Shown: positions 16,563 through 24,529 of the stretch, piece after piece | How the letters are laid out: each line of letters starts with the position of its first letter | How positions within the stretch are numbered: the stretch's first letter is position 1 | Source: Candidatus Aenigmatarchaeota archaeon | Lineage (GTDB): Archaea > Aenigmatarchaeota > Aenigmatarchaeia > Aenigmatarchaeales > JACQIB01 | Direction: 5' to 3' | NCBI GenBank assembly: GCA_016198755.1 | Contig: JACQIB010000001.1 | Span: 1-32,000 of the forward strand | DNA length: 32,000 nucleotides | Notes under the pieces: generated by a model | The model's database searches: none | What the model was told of the DNA's origin: nothing | What the model saw: only the letters and a program-made list of their open reading frames with translations | Position numbers and translations under genes: made by a program

Positions 16563-16826
16563 ATGGCAGTGGCACAAATATTACACTATCCAAACCTAAA
16601 AACAGTGTTAATGGTAGAGGAAGTGCTAAAAAGGGCAGATACAGCACTAACAAAACAAGAGATAAAGGAAAGGCTTCCAAAAGCAGTCATGCACCAAACT
16701 TTGAATGTAACATTGGAATACTTGGAAGAAAAGGGGATGGTAGCCTTTACAAGCAAGGGAATAGTTTGGATATACAACCCCAGCTCTAAAATGAAAACCG
16801 CTTTAGAAAACGCAGTAGAAGTCTGA
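16563..16826 (+). CDS. 87-aa winged-helix protein, probable antitoxin/regulator partner of the downstream RelE/ParE-like gene
   Basis: Small wHTH-like sequence (TKQEIKERLPKAVMHQTLNVTLEYLEEKGMV). There is a 10-nt gap to the next gene. An A/T-rich promoter with the repeated motif TATATACT lies upstream. Confidence 0.5.
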   Translation: MAVAQILHYPNLKTVLMVEEVLKRADTALTKQEIKERLPKAVMHQTLNVTLEYLEEKGMVAFTSKGIVWIYNPSSKMKTALENAVEV

Positions 16827-16836
16827 GGGGATTATT

Positions 16837-17214
16837 ATGTTTTCCTCAAAGTCAATAAGGACAAAGCTCTCTGAAGAGGCGGATGAGCAATTCAAAGAGT
16901 TAAACAAAATTGTTGGGGAAGAAGTTGCAACTGGCATATCAAGCTCAGAAAATCAAACCCTCCTGCGCTCCGTTAAACGAGCAATTGATATTATAAAGCA
17001 AAATCCATTTGCTGGTACACAAATAAGGAAGGAGCAGATACCTACAAAATACTTGCTGAAATATGATGCAAATAATCTATGGAAGCTTGACCTCTCTAAC
17101 TATTGGAGAATGCTTTACACAGTCATAGGAAGTGAAATAGAGATAATATCATTTATTCTGGACATAGTAGACCATAGGACATATGATAAAGTTTTCGGCT
17201 ATAGAAAAAGGTAA
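16837..17214 (+). CDS. RelE/ParE-superfamily toxin-like protein
   Basis: The C-terminal pattern NLWKLDLSNYWRMLYTVIGSEIEIISFILDIVDHRTYDKVF matches the RelE/ParE 'yR..Y.i....i.il.i.hR..Y' core. The N-terminal helices (EEADEQFKELNK...IKQNPFAG) are as in ParE/RelE, with an insertion. Confidence 0.65.
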   Translation: MFSSKSIRTKLSEEADEQFKELNKIVGEEVATGISSSENQTLLRSVKRAIDIIKQNPFAGTQIRKEQIPTKYLLKYDANNLWKLDLSNYWRMLYTVIGSEIEIISFILDIVDHRTYDKVFGYRKR

Positions 17215-17244
17215 TTTAAAAGCCAACACCCCAAATAATAGCTT

Positions 17245-17559
17245 ATGCCAGATTACTGCCAGCTCTTTATCAGCGCTACAACAAAGAAAGAAGCCGAGGC
17301 AATAGGTAGGCAACTTTTAAAGAGAAAATTGATAGCAGGATATCTTCTCCTGAAAGGCCCTTCAATGTTCTGGTGGAAAGGGAAAATTACAAGGACGATT
17401 TACTACAACCTAATGGCCTTTTCTCTCATGAAAAACAAGCCTAAAATTATTTCTGCTGTCAGAAAAGTTACAAACGAGAGCGTTCCAATTATTTCCTTCT
17501 CAAAAATAGATGGGAATAAAGAATTCCTTTCTTGGATAAATAATAGCTGCAAGGCTTAG
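17245..17559 (+). CDS. cutA: CutA1-like divalent-cation tolerance protein
   Basis: KKEAEAIGRQLLKRKLIAGYLLL.GPSMFWWKGKI matches the CutA pattern ('..rLiAC.n......s.y.W.gki'). The C-terminal ..VPIISFSKIDGNKEFLSWI also fits. Confidence 0.65.
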   Translation: MPDYCQLFISATTKKEAEAIGRQLLKRKLIAGYLLLKGPSMFWWKGKITRTIYYNLMAFSLMKNKPKIISAVRKVTNESVPIISFSKIDGNKEFLSWINNSCKA

Positions 17560-17633
17560 AGCCCTTCTAAGAAATCTCACGTTTTTAGATGGTGTATTTA
17601 AACTTCAAAAAGCAATTATTAAATTAGGTTATT

Positions 17634-17849
17634 ATGGAGGCAATAGTTCAAATAAAACGAGATGGTAAGTGGTTTGTTGCAACAGATTTGGTTACATATG
17701 TTGCAGACCAGGGTCTAACAAGGGAAGAAGCTATTCAGAATCTCCAAACTGGTCTGCGTGAACACTACAAAACTCTTTTTCACATAGCCCAGAAGAAACA
17801 ATCTCATGTAATAATAAAAGACCTTAAAATACCTCAATTTGCAAAGTAA
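17634..17849 (+). CDS. hicB: HicB-like antitoxin (UPF0150 N-terminal domain only)
   Basis: 71 aa with DGKWFVATDLVTYVADQGLTREEAIQNLQTGLREH. It lies immediately upstream of hicA. Confidence 0.65.
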   Translation: MEAIVQIKRDGKWFVATDLVTYVADQGLTREEAIQNLQTGLREHYKTLFHIAQKKQSHVIIKDLKIPQFAK

Positions 17850-17864
17850 AATGAGCGTGCTAAA

Positions 17865-18083
17865 ATGAGGCTTCCTGTGATTTCTGGAAAAGAAATGGGA
17901 AAAATATTAGAGAAGCATGGTTTTGTTTTTGTACGGCAGAGTGGGAGCCATCTGCACTATTGGAGTGAAGAAAAGCTAAGACTTGTAACAGTTCCAAATC
18001 ACCCAGAGCTGGCCTTAGGCACACTCCTTTCAATATTAAAACAGGCAAGCTTAGATAGAGGTATATTTGAAAGGAGGAGATAA
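17865..18083 (+). CDS. hicA: HicA mRNA-interferase toxin
   Basis: 72 aa with ISGKEMGKILEKHGFVFVRQSGSHLHY...VTVPNHPELALGTLLSILKQA, a canonical YcfA/HicA pattern. Confidence 0.8.
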   Translation: MRLPVISGKEMGKILEKHGFVFVRQSGSHLHYWSEEKLRLVTVPNHPELALGTLLSILKQASLDRGIFERRR

Positions 18084-18084
18084 A

Positions 18085-19101
18085 ATGGGAGTGCAGATAG
18101 CTGAGATACTTCCGAAGAAACAGACCTCAATAGAAGAACTAAGGGGTAAAACTTTTGCTGTGGATTCTCTGTTATGGATACATCAGTTCCTTTCAATAAT
18201 CCGCGGACCAGACGGAACTCCTTTAAAAGATTCAAAAGGCAGAATAACTTCCCACTTGTCTGGTATACTTTACAGGAATGCAAAGCTATTGGAAGCTGGG
18301 CTAAAATTGATTTGGGTTTTTGATGGAAAGCCACCGGAATTCAAGTCCAGAACCACAGCAGCTCGTGCTGAGATAAAAGCTGTAGCACATAAAGAGTGGA
18401 AAGAGGCTTTGGAAAGGGGTGATAAAGAAAAAGCAAGATCAGCAGCAATGAGAACTTCTTCTGTAAACGAAGAAATTTTATCCTCTGCAAAGGATCTTAT
18501 TTTGGCAATGGGCATTCCGGTTTTGCAGGCTCCATCAGAAGGTGAAGCTCAATGTTCTGCCCTCTGCTCTTCAGGTTTGGTCTGGAGTGTTGCAAGCCAA
18601 GATTCTGACTCTCTTTTATTTGGAACCCCGCGTTTAGTTAGAAATCTTTCCGTTTCCGGAAAAAGGAAACTTCCGGGAAAACAGGTTTTCGTGGATGTTA
18701 ATCCAGAATTAATAGAGCTGAAAGAGACACTATCGATTTTGGGCCTCACACGAAGCCAGCTGATAACTATGGGACTTCTGGTTGGAACAGATTATAACCC
18801 CGGAGTAATGGGCATTGGACCAAAGAAAGCGCTAAAGCTTGTGAGAGAGGAAAAAACCCTTGAAAATGTTCTGAAAAAAGTGAAGTGGGACGGCTCACCT
18901 GCTGAAGAGCTTTTAAGTTTCTTCCTTAATCCACCAGCTCTTGAAAATCCTAAAATAGAAACTCCAAAACTAAACCCGGAAAGGATAATAAAAATAATGG
19001 TGGATGAGCATGAGTTCTCAGAGGAAAGGATAGAAAAAGTAGTTAAGACTTTAGAAGAACTTAGCAAGCCAAAAGGGTTGAACGCCTTCAGAAAACCCTA
19101 A
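18085..19101 (+). CDS. fen1: Flap endonuclease 1 (FEN1)
   Basis: MGVQIAEILPKKQTSIEELRGKTFAVDSLLWIHQFLSIIRGPDGTPLKDSKGRITSHLSG...VFDGKPPEFK is a canonical archaeal FEN1 N-domain. GGAGG SD lies 7-11 nt upstream of ATG 18085. The ORF track's TTG 18067 is unlikely to be the start. Confidence 0.95.
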   Translation: MGVQIAEILPKKQTSIEELRGKTFAVDSLLWIHQFLSIIRGPDGTPLKDSKGRITSHLSGILYRNAKLLEAGLKLIWVFDGKPPEFKSRTTAARAEIKAVAHKEWKEALERGDKEKARSAAMRTSSVNEEILSSAKDLILAMGIPVLQAPSEGEAQCSALCSSGLVWSVASQDSDSLLFGTPRLVRNLSVSGKRKLPGKQVFVDVNPELIELKETLSILGLTRSQLITMGLLVGTDYNPGVMGIGPKKALKLVREEKTLENVLKKVKWDGSPAEELLSFFLNPPALENPKIETPKLNPERIIKIMVDEHEFSEERIEKVVKTLEELSKPKGLNAFRKP

Positions 19102-19445
19102 CCAACCCTTTCCCCTATCTTTGCTTCCTTCTCGGGCTTTAGCAAAACAACTCCTTTATCAGAATAAATGCCCATTACAAGAACTTCTGAGGAAAAGCCT
19201 GCAATCTCTTTTGCTGGAAAATTAACAACAGCCAAAATTTGTTTTCCAACCAGCTCTTCAGGCTTGTAAAGTTTTGTTATCTGAGCAGAGCTCTGCTTTA
19301 TTCCTAACAACCCAAAATCAATCTTCAGTTTGTATGCAGATTTTGTAGATTTCTCATGCTTCTCAGCACTCACTATTTTGCCAACGCGTATGTCTATCTT
19401 CTGAAAATCCTCTATTGTTACTGATACCATAAACCAACATCTCAC
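19098..19445 (-). CDS. tRNA-binding domain protein (Trbp111/CsaA/EMAP-II-like OB fold)
   Basis: FQKIDIRVGKIVSAEKHEKSTKSAYKLKIDFG...QILAVVNFPAKEIAGFSSEVLVMG is the typical tRNA_bind domain. Confidence 0.8.
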   Translation of the reverse strand: MRCWFMVSVTIEDFQKIDIRVGKIVSAEKHEKSTKSAYKLKIDFGLLGIKQSSAQITKLYKPEELVGKQILAVVNFPAKEIAGFSSEVLVMGIYSDKGVVLLKPEKEAKIGERVG

Positions 19446-19472
19446 ATTTGAATGTTCATAAAGCTTCTTAAT

Positions 19473-19871
19473 CTAAATAAGTTTAAATAACTCTTCTGGT
19501 GTCAATATTTTTATTCCGTTATACTCTCCTATCTTAAGCAAGTGCTTATCATATGTTATTATATATTTGCTCGAAGATGCTATAGCACACTCTATTATTT
19601 TATTATCGTCCGGATCATCTCTTACAATCTTCACCTCTATAACAGGTCTGACAAGTTTCAAGAAAGATAACACCCTTTGCAATATATATAATATCTCTTC
19701 GTCCGAATATTCGAAGTCCCTTTTTAAGACATTTTTATACTCTGATATAATTTCAGAAGAGGAGAAAATATTGACATCATTGTGTATTAGTTTGAATAGA
19801 AGTTTTTGTGCGCTGCTACCTTCCCAGAGGGTAGCAGAAAGTATCACATTAGTGTCGAGGACGACATCCAT
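19473..19871 (-). CDS. vapC: PIN-domain toxin (VapC-like)
   Basis: MDVVLDTNVILSA with the N-terminal acidic D-T-N motif, 132 aa, and a 3-nt gap to the upstream AbrB-type antitoxin. Confidence 0.8.
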   Translation of the reverse strand: MDVVLDTNVILSATLWEGSSAQKLLFKLIHNDVNIFSSSEIISEYKNVLKRDFEYSDEEILYILQRVLSFLKLVRPVIEVKIVRDDPDDNKIIECAIASSSKYIITYDKHLLKIGEYNGIKILTPEELFKLI

Positions 19872-19874
19872 AAG

Positions 19875-20144
19875 TTACCGTCTCCGGTTTCTTTGCACAA
19901 CGTTATGTATATACGATTCATTCAAACCTCTCTTTTCTAAGCGCCTTCTGCCCTCTCTTGCTATAATCTCCAGTTCCTTTATAAGATTCTCCTTTGAAGG
20001 CGTTTCTATTTTTTTCAAAACAATCATATCTTTGTTTCCAATAACCGCAAACATCGTGCCATCTGTTGCATGTATTTCCCGCCTCACATCTTGAGGTATT
20101 ACAATCTGACCCCTTGAAGACATTTTTGTTGTTTCCACAGGCAT
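19875..20144 (-). CDS. vapB: AbrB/SpoVT-type antitoxin (VapB-like)
   Basis: MSSRGQIVIPQDVRREI swapped-hairpin motif followed by a C-terminal basic tail. The start may be the internal Met at residue 8. Confidence 0.75.
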   Translation of the reverse strand: MPVETTKMSSRGQIVIPQDVRREIHATDGTMFAVIGNKDMIVLKKIETPSKENLIKELEIIAREGRRRLEKRGLNESYIHNVVQRNRRR

Positions 20145-20234
20145 ATTATCACCGTTCTTATTATCTTATTATAGGAAAATCTTATATTTAAAGCTTAGCG
20201 TTACTATAAAAGCAATTTCAGCAAAACATTAACC

Positions 20235-21350
20235 ATGTTCAACTTCGTGCAGGCGCAGAAGTTCAAGGATGCTGTGACTTTTGTGCCAAATAAAACAGAG
20301 CCAATACACAACTGGTTTTATTACAAGGAAGGGTTTTCAAAACAGCTGGCAGACTTCTTTATCAAGCAATTCAATCTTACAAACACTTCTCTCGTTTTCG
20401 ATCCATTTATGGGAACAGGCACAACACTCCTCTCATGCAAACAGCAATCAATATCATCCATTGGAATAGATGTAAATCCACTGCTGGTTTTTGTATCAAA
20501 GGTAAAAACAACTGATTATGATTTAGTATCTTTGGAAGAGATAGTGAAAAAGGCTGGCAGCTGGAAGTTTGAAAGACCAAAGGATATTCCAAAAGACCCA
20601 TTTTACAAGAAAGCTTTTTCCCGCTTTTCACTTGAGGATATGGTTTTTCTCAGGAACAAAATAGGTGAGATAGAAAAACCTGAAGAAAGGGAATTCCTTT
20701 TACTTGCTCTAATAGACAGTGCAGTAAAAGGTTCCTATACATACAAGGATGGAGCTGTGCTGAAAATATTCAAAAATCCGCGTCCGCCTGTCAGGAAGCT
20801 TTTCAAGAACAAAATCCACAGGATGCTAAAAGATTTACAGCGCAATCCTTTGCCTAAGGCAATTGCAAAAGCAGAAGATGGGGATGCGCGTTCTTTGCAG
20901 TTAAAAGATGAAATAGTGGACGCGGTTATAACATCTCCCCCATACTTAAACAAAATAGAATATACAAAAGTTTACAGGCTTGAGAATTCTTTATTGGGTT
21001 TAAACTCCCAGCCTATGCTGCCCTCGCATATAGGATCGAAGGCAGAAAGAACAATAGAAGGTTTAGAGAGCCTGCCTATAGCAGCACAAACTTATTTTGC
21101 AGATATGTCTCTTGTTCTGGCAGAGCTGCACAGAGTCTGTAAGCCTTCAGCCCAGCTGGCTGTTGTTGTGGGTGGAGGCTGTTTTCCAACGCAGGCTGTA
21201 AATGCAGATGAAATTTTGGCTTCAACAGCTGAAAAGACTGGCTTTAATGTGGAAAGTATTCTTGTAGCAAGGAACAGCTGGTGCACAAGAGCCAGAACAA
21301 TAAAGGTGGGGCAGATAAGGGAGAGCATTATAATACTCAGGAAGCCCTAA
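20235..21350 (+). CDS. Orphan DNA methyltransferase (N4-C/N6-A type) with the AdoMet motif before an SPPY catalytic motif
   Basis: VFDPFMGTGTTLLSC...GIDVNP (aa 54-81; motifs I and II), GDARSL (aa 216-221) and DAVITSPPY (aa 229-237; motif IV). About 125 residues are inserted between motifs II and III. No nuclease gene is adjacent. Confidence 0.7.
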   Translation: MFNFVQAQKFKDAVTFVPNKTEPIHNWFYYKEGFSKQLADFFIKQFNLTNTSLVFDPFMGTGTTLLSCKQQSISSIGIDVNPLLVFVSKVKTTDYDLVSLEEIVKKAGSWKFERPKDIPKDPFYKKAFSRFSLEDMVFLRNKIGEIEKPEEREFLLLALIDSAVKGSYTYKDGAVLKIFKNPRPPVRKLFKNKIHRMLKDLQRNPLPKAIAKAEDGDARSLQLKDEIVDAVITSPPYLNKIEYTKVYRLENSLLGLNSQPMLPSHIGSKAERTIEGLESLPIAAQTYFADMSLVLAELHRVCKPSAQLAVVVGGGCFPTQAVNADEILASTAEKTGFNVESILVARNSWCTRARTIKVGQIRESIIILRKP

Positions 21351-21412
21351 AATACAATACTGTTATACTCCCATAGAGATAACTATTTAACCCCCCTTCC
21401 AATACTATTTTC

Positions 21413-22573
21413 ATGAAATACCTTGCTGCAGCCCTTGCTTTAGTAATTTTAGCAGCAGGCTGCACAGGCCAGAGCTTTGGAGTAGATTCTTTAGTAAAGC
21501 AAACACCAGCAGTAAAAAACTTTCTTGCAGACTACCCGAATGCAAAGTTAACTACAAACCTTCTGAACAACCAAACAGTAGCTGCACAGTTAGATAAAAT
21601 AAGGAAAGATTGCGACAATGAGGATTTTCAGGTTAGTAGCTATTATAAAACAGTTCTGACAGATTCTGACTCAAATACAAAATTAACTCTCTGGACAGAT
21701 TCTACAACCTTCGAGGTTGTTTGTGTTATAAAAGAAGGTCTGGGTACAAAATCCACACTCCCGCCAGCAACCCTTCTAAAGTCTGATGGCAATGATTGTT
21801 CTTCCAATCCTGAATGTATAAGCGGATACTGCTTAAACAAGATTTGTTCAACTCCAGGAGCAATTCCAACCACAACTCTAGCAACAACTACAACCACAAC
21901 TAGCACAACCACTGTACCAACAACTACTATTGGAACAACAACCACTGCAAATACTACTACAACAGTGAATGCTACAGTCAATACAGCAACAACCATTTTT
22001 AACGCAACAACAACATCAGCCGGGCAAACAACCACTACATCTCAAGGTCAAACAACAACCACGGCAACAACAACCACTCAGGCAACAACAACCACAGCCA
22101 TGTCATGCCCAACCACAACCACAACGCAGAGCTCATCAACAACACTGTCTCATGGATATTATTACGGGGATTTAGCTATAGATTCATCCCATATATGGAT
22201 AGAGCCAAATTGCCAAGGATGTGGAAATTCCGTGAAAGTTATTGCTGGAGTAAAAAATCTCGGGACAGATTCAGCAGGCGGCAGCATAAACTCTTATCTC
22301 ACAGGAGCTTCATGCCCTTCAAATCCTCAGGCAATAGAATTTGGCAATCTCGCAGCAGCTAGCCAGCACCCAGATATTGATTTTGAAGATAAAACACGAT
22401 ATGTGAATAACGGATGGGTATTTAACTATAATTCTTTGCCTGATGGATTGTACACAGTTCAGATAACTATAATAGGCTCTTCTGATCCTGCAATGGGATC
22501 TCCAGATGTTGACAGTTCAAACAATATTGTCACGAAAACATTCAGGATACCATGTGTTTCCGGTAGTTGTTAA
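21413..22573 (+). CDS. Secreted lipobox protein: N-domain, about 90-aa poly-Thr linker, C-terminal CARDB-like domain
   Basis: Signal plus lipobox LVILAAGCTGQ. The Thr-rich stretch covers roughly aa 150-245. The C-terminus shows VKVIAGVKNLGTDSAG...YTVQITI...DVDSSNNIVTKTF, resembling CARDB (V.N.G... D..N.v.E.nE.NN). Confidence 0.7.
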   Translation: MKYLAAALALVILAAGCTGQSFGVDSLVKQTPAVKNFLADYPNAKLTTNLLNNQTVAAQLDKIRKDCDNEDFQVSSYYKTVLTDSDSNTKLTLWTDSTTFEVVCVIKEGLGTKSTLPPATLLKSDGNDCSSNPECISGYCLNKICSTPGAIPTTTLATTTTTTSTTTVPTTTIGTTTTANTTTTVNATVNTATTIFNATTTSAGQTTTTSQGQTTTTATTTTQATTTTAMSCPTTTTTQSSSTTLSHGYYYGDLAIDSSHIWIEPNCQGCGNSVKVIAGVKNLGTDSAGGSINSYLTGASCPSNPQAIEFGNLAAASQHPDIDFEDKTRYVNNGWVFNYNSLPDGLYTVQITIIGSSDPAMGSPDVDSSNNIVTKTFRIPCVSGSC

Positions 22574-22580
22574 TTTTTTA

Positions 22581-23237
22581 TTAAACACTTCCCTCTGAAA
22601 ACCCATATTCTCCCAGCAATGGAACGAAAGCAAATCTTCCTAAAAACTTCCTTTCAAATTTATTCTTTTCAACTCTTTTAATCAAAATCATTTCCTGTGA
22701 AACCATGTCACCAACAGGGGCAATAGCAAACCCGCCTATTTTTAACTGTTCCAGAAGCGGGCCAGGCACGAAGCGGACAGCAGCAGTAACAATAATCCTG
22801 TCAAATGGAGCTTTATCTTTTAATCCCAGAGAGCCATCTCCCTCAATAACCTCTATGTTCTTTGCTCCAATTCTGTTCAAGTTGTCTTTAGCAATTCTTA
22901 TAAGTGCTTTCAGTCGTTCAGTTGTATAGATTTTCCCTTTCTCCCCAACCAAAACCCCTAAAATAGCAGACTGCCAGCCACTTCCCGTCCCTACCTCGAG
23001 AACATTTTGCCCTTTCTCTACTTTTAATGCTTCTGTCATTAAAACAACAGTAGAAGGCTGGGAAACAGTCTGCCCAAATCCTATATGCACAGGTTCATCT
23101 AAATAGGCATCCTCTTTCCTATCCTCAGGCACAAAAAGCCCTCTTGGGCATTTCCTTATTGCCTCTTCCAGAGGTTTGCTTTTCAAAAATCCATGCTTTT
23201 TAATCTCTCCTATTAGCCTTTCCAACCCCTCACTCAT
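22581..23237 (-). CDS. pcm: Protein-L-isoaspartate O-methyltransferase
   Basis: GQTVSQPSTVVLMTEAL and VLEVGTGSGWQSAILG motifs; 218 aa. Confidence 0.9.
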   Translation of the reverse strand: MSEGLERLIGEIKKHGFLKSKPLEEAIRKCPRGLFVPEDRKEDAYLDEPVHIGFGQTVSQPSTVVLMTEALKVEKGQNVLEVGTGSGWQSAILGVLVGEKGKIYTTERLKALIRIAKDNLNRIGAKNIEVIEGDGSLGLKDKAPFDRIIVTAAVRFVPGPLLEQLKIGGFAIAPVGDMVSQEMILIKRVEKNKFERKFLGRFAFVPLLGEYGFSEGSV

Positions 23238-23297
23238 ACCTTCTCTATCTGATAGCAGTTTTATAAGCCTTCCTGCAGAATACTCTTTGCGATATTC

Positions 23298-23672
23298 ATG
23301 GACCAGCCACAGCCTGCAAAGAGTAAATGGGGATTCAAGTTTCCTACACTTACAAAGAAAGATAAGATAGGCATAGTCCTTTTGCTTATTTTTCTTATTC
23401 TTATCAATATTCCAGCTTATTTTTCTACTGGTAAATGCGAGGTTGCAAGAGCAGGTTTCAAGTGCGCAAAGTTTACTGATGTACTAAAGGAAAACTGTGA
23501 AGTCTGGGCAAACTATAGCTGTAACACAGCAGCAGATGTTTCCTTCCCTTCTGTGGAATGGTATATTGGAAACATGTGCAGGCTTCAAAGCCAAAACCAT
23601 GGCGGTATTACTTGTACAAACCTGAAAGAAACCTGCAATTCTATTTTGCAAAAGCAGGCCTGCTCAGCCTAA
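23298..23672 (+). CDS. Membrane-anchored Cys-rich extracytoplasmic protein, unknown function
   Basis: 124 aa with one TM helix (IGIVLLLIFLILINIPAYF) and 10 Cys in the predicted external part. I recognise no motif. Confidence 0.5.
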   Translation: MDQPQPAKSKWGFKFPTLTKKDKIGIVLLLIFLILINIPAYFSTGKCEVARAGFKCAKFTDVLKENCEVWANYSCNTAADVSFPSVEWYIGNMCRLQSQNHGGITCTNLKETCNSILQKQACSA

Positions 23673-24007
23673 CGCCCTGCAACTTTTTCTCCCGTTTCTA
23701 GATCAATAGCGCGAAAAGCTGCAGCAGGACACGAGTCACACATGCATTTTGCTTCGTTCCTCACATCCCTCACATTTTCATCAACAATAACCTCAAAAAT
23801 GCCAGGTTCAGTTTCCTTTCCCCCTATAAGGTCTACCTTGTTGTCAGCTTGGTTTAGAACAACCAAATGTGGAGCTATAGGTGTGCAAACATCAGCTCCA
23901 ACACATTTGTTTCTATTGTAAAGGATTTTGTACTTTCTGGGTTTTGTATCCTTATCTTTGGTAGCCAATATCGTTGAATCGAATATAGCAGGTTTTTTCT
24001 CAAACAT
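23669..24007 (-). CDS. Small ferredoxin-like Fe-S protein (single-cluster type)
   Basis: NRNKCVGADVCTPIAP and a C-terminal CMCDSCPAAAF Cys pattern; 112 aa. The assignment is from Cys spacing only. Confidence 0.5.
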   Translation of the reverse strand: MFEKKPAIFDSTILATKDKDTKPRKYKILYNRNKCVGADVCTPIAPHLVVLNQADNKVDLIGGKETEPGIFEVIVDENVRDVRNEAKCMCDSCPAAAFRAIDLETGEKVAGR

Positions 24008-24047
24008 AAACTAATCTTTGCCTGCCACACTTATAAATATAACACTG

Positions 24048-24491
24048 TTATAAAACTTTAAGCCCTCCCAACAAATCAGTTGAGTGTCCATCAGCCTTAA
24101 CATCAGAATCCACATAAACCACTTTTCCATTCTTTACAACAAAAGTAACTCTTTTAGCAGCTATCAGCGCAGGCACACCAAAAGCTTTGCAGATTTTCTT
24201 TTCCTTATCAGAGAGCAGTGGAAAATTCAGCTTATACTTTTCCACAAACTTTTTATGGCTCTCAACAGAATCTGTGCTGACCCCGAAAACTTTTACTCCT
24301 AATTTTTTAAATTGCTCAATATCGTTCCTAAATCCGCAAGCCTCTCTAGTACAGCCTGGCGTGTTATCACGCGGGTAAAAGTAAACAATTGTTGTTCCTT
24401 TGAAATCTAATTTCTGCAGTTTTCCCTCTTGATCAAAAGCTTCCAAAGGATTTACATCCTCACCTTCCTTTAGCATACAAAAACTAGGCAT
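24048..24491 (-). CDS. bcp: Peroxiredoxin, Bcp/PrxQ type
   Basis: VYFYPRDNTPGCTREACGFRN active-site motif and FGVSTDS..SHKKF; 147 aa. Confidence 0.85.
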   Translation of the reverse strand: MPSFCMLKEGEDVNPLEAFDQEGKLQKLDFKGTTIVYFYPRDNTPGCTREACGFRNDIEQFKKLGVKVFGVSTDSVESHKKFVEKYKLNFPLLSDKEKKICKAFGVPALIAAKRVTFVVKNGKVVYVDSDVKADGHSTDLLGGLKVL

Positions 24492-24529
24492 TTACTAAAT
24501 TTAAATGTAAAATAACATTAATATCTTCC

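Noticed and set aside
19567-20094. 175-aa plus-strand ORF spanning both vapC and vapB
   Set aside because: It lies antisense to two well-supported genes. It is S/L/I-rich and low in complexity, which is typical of the mirror frame of AT-rich coding DNA. It has no motif and no promoter or SD.
20145-21412. A restriction-modification or other defence operon around the methyltransferase
   Set aside because: No nuclease, helicase or ATPase ORF is adjacent on either side. The flanks are a VapBC pair and a secreted protein, so only an orphan methyltransferase is reported.
21643-22035. 130-aa minus-strand ORF rich in Val runs
   Set aside because: It is the reverse-complement reading of the poly-Thr (ACN) codon run of the 21413-22573 gene, so it is an artefact of low-complexity sequence.
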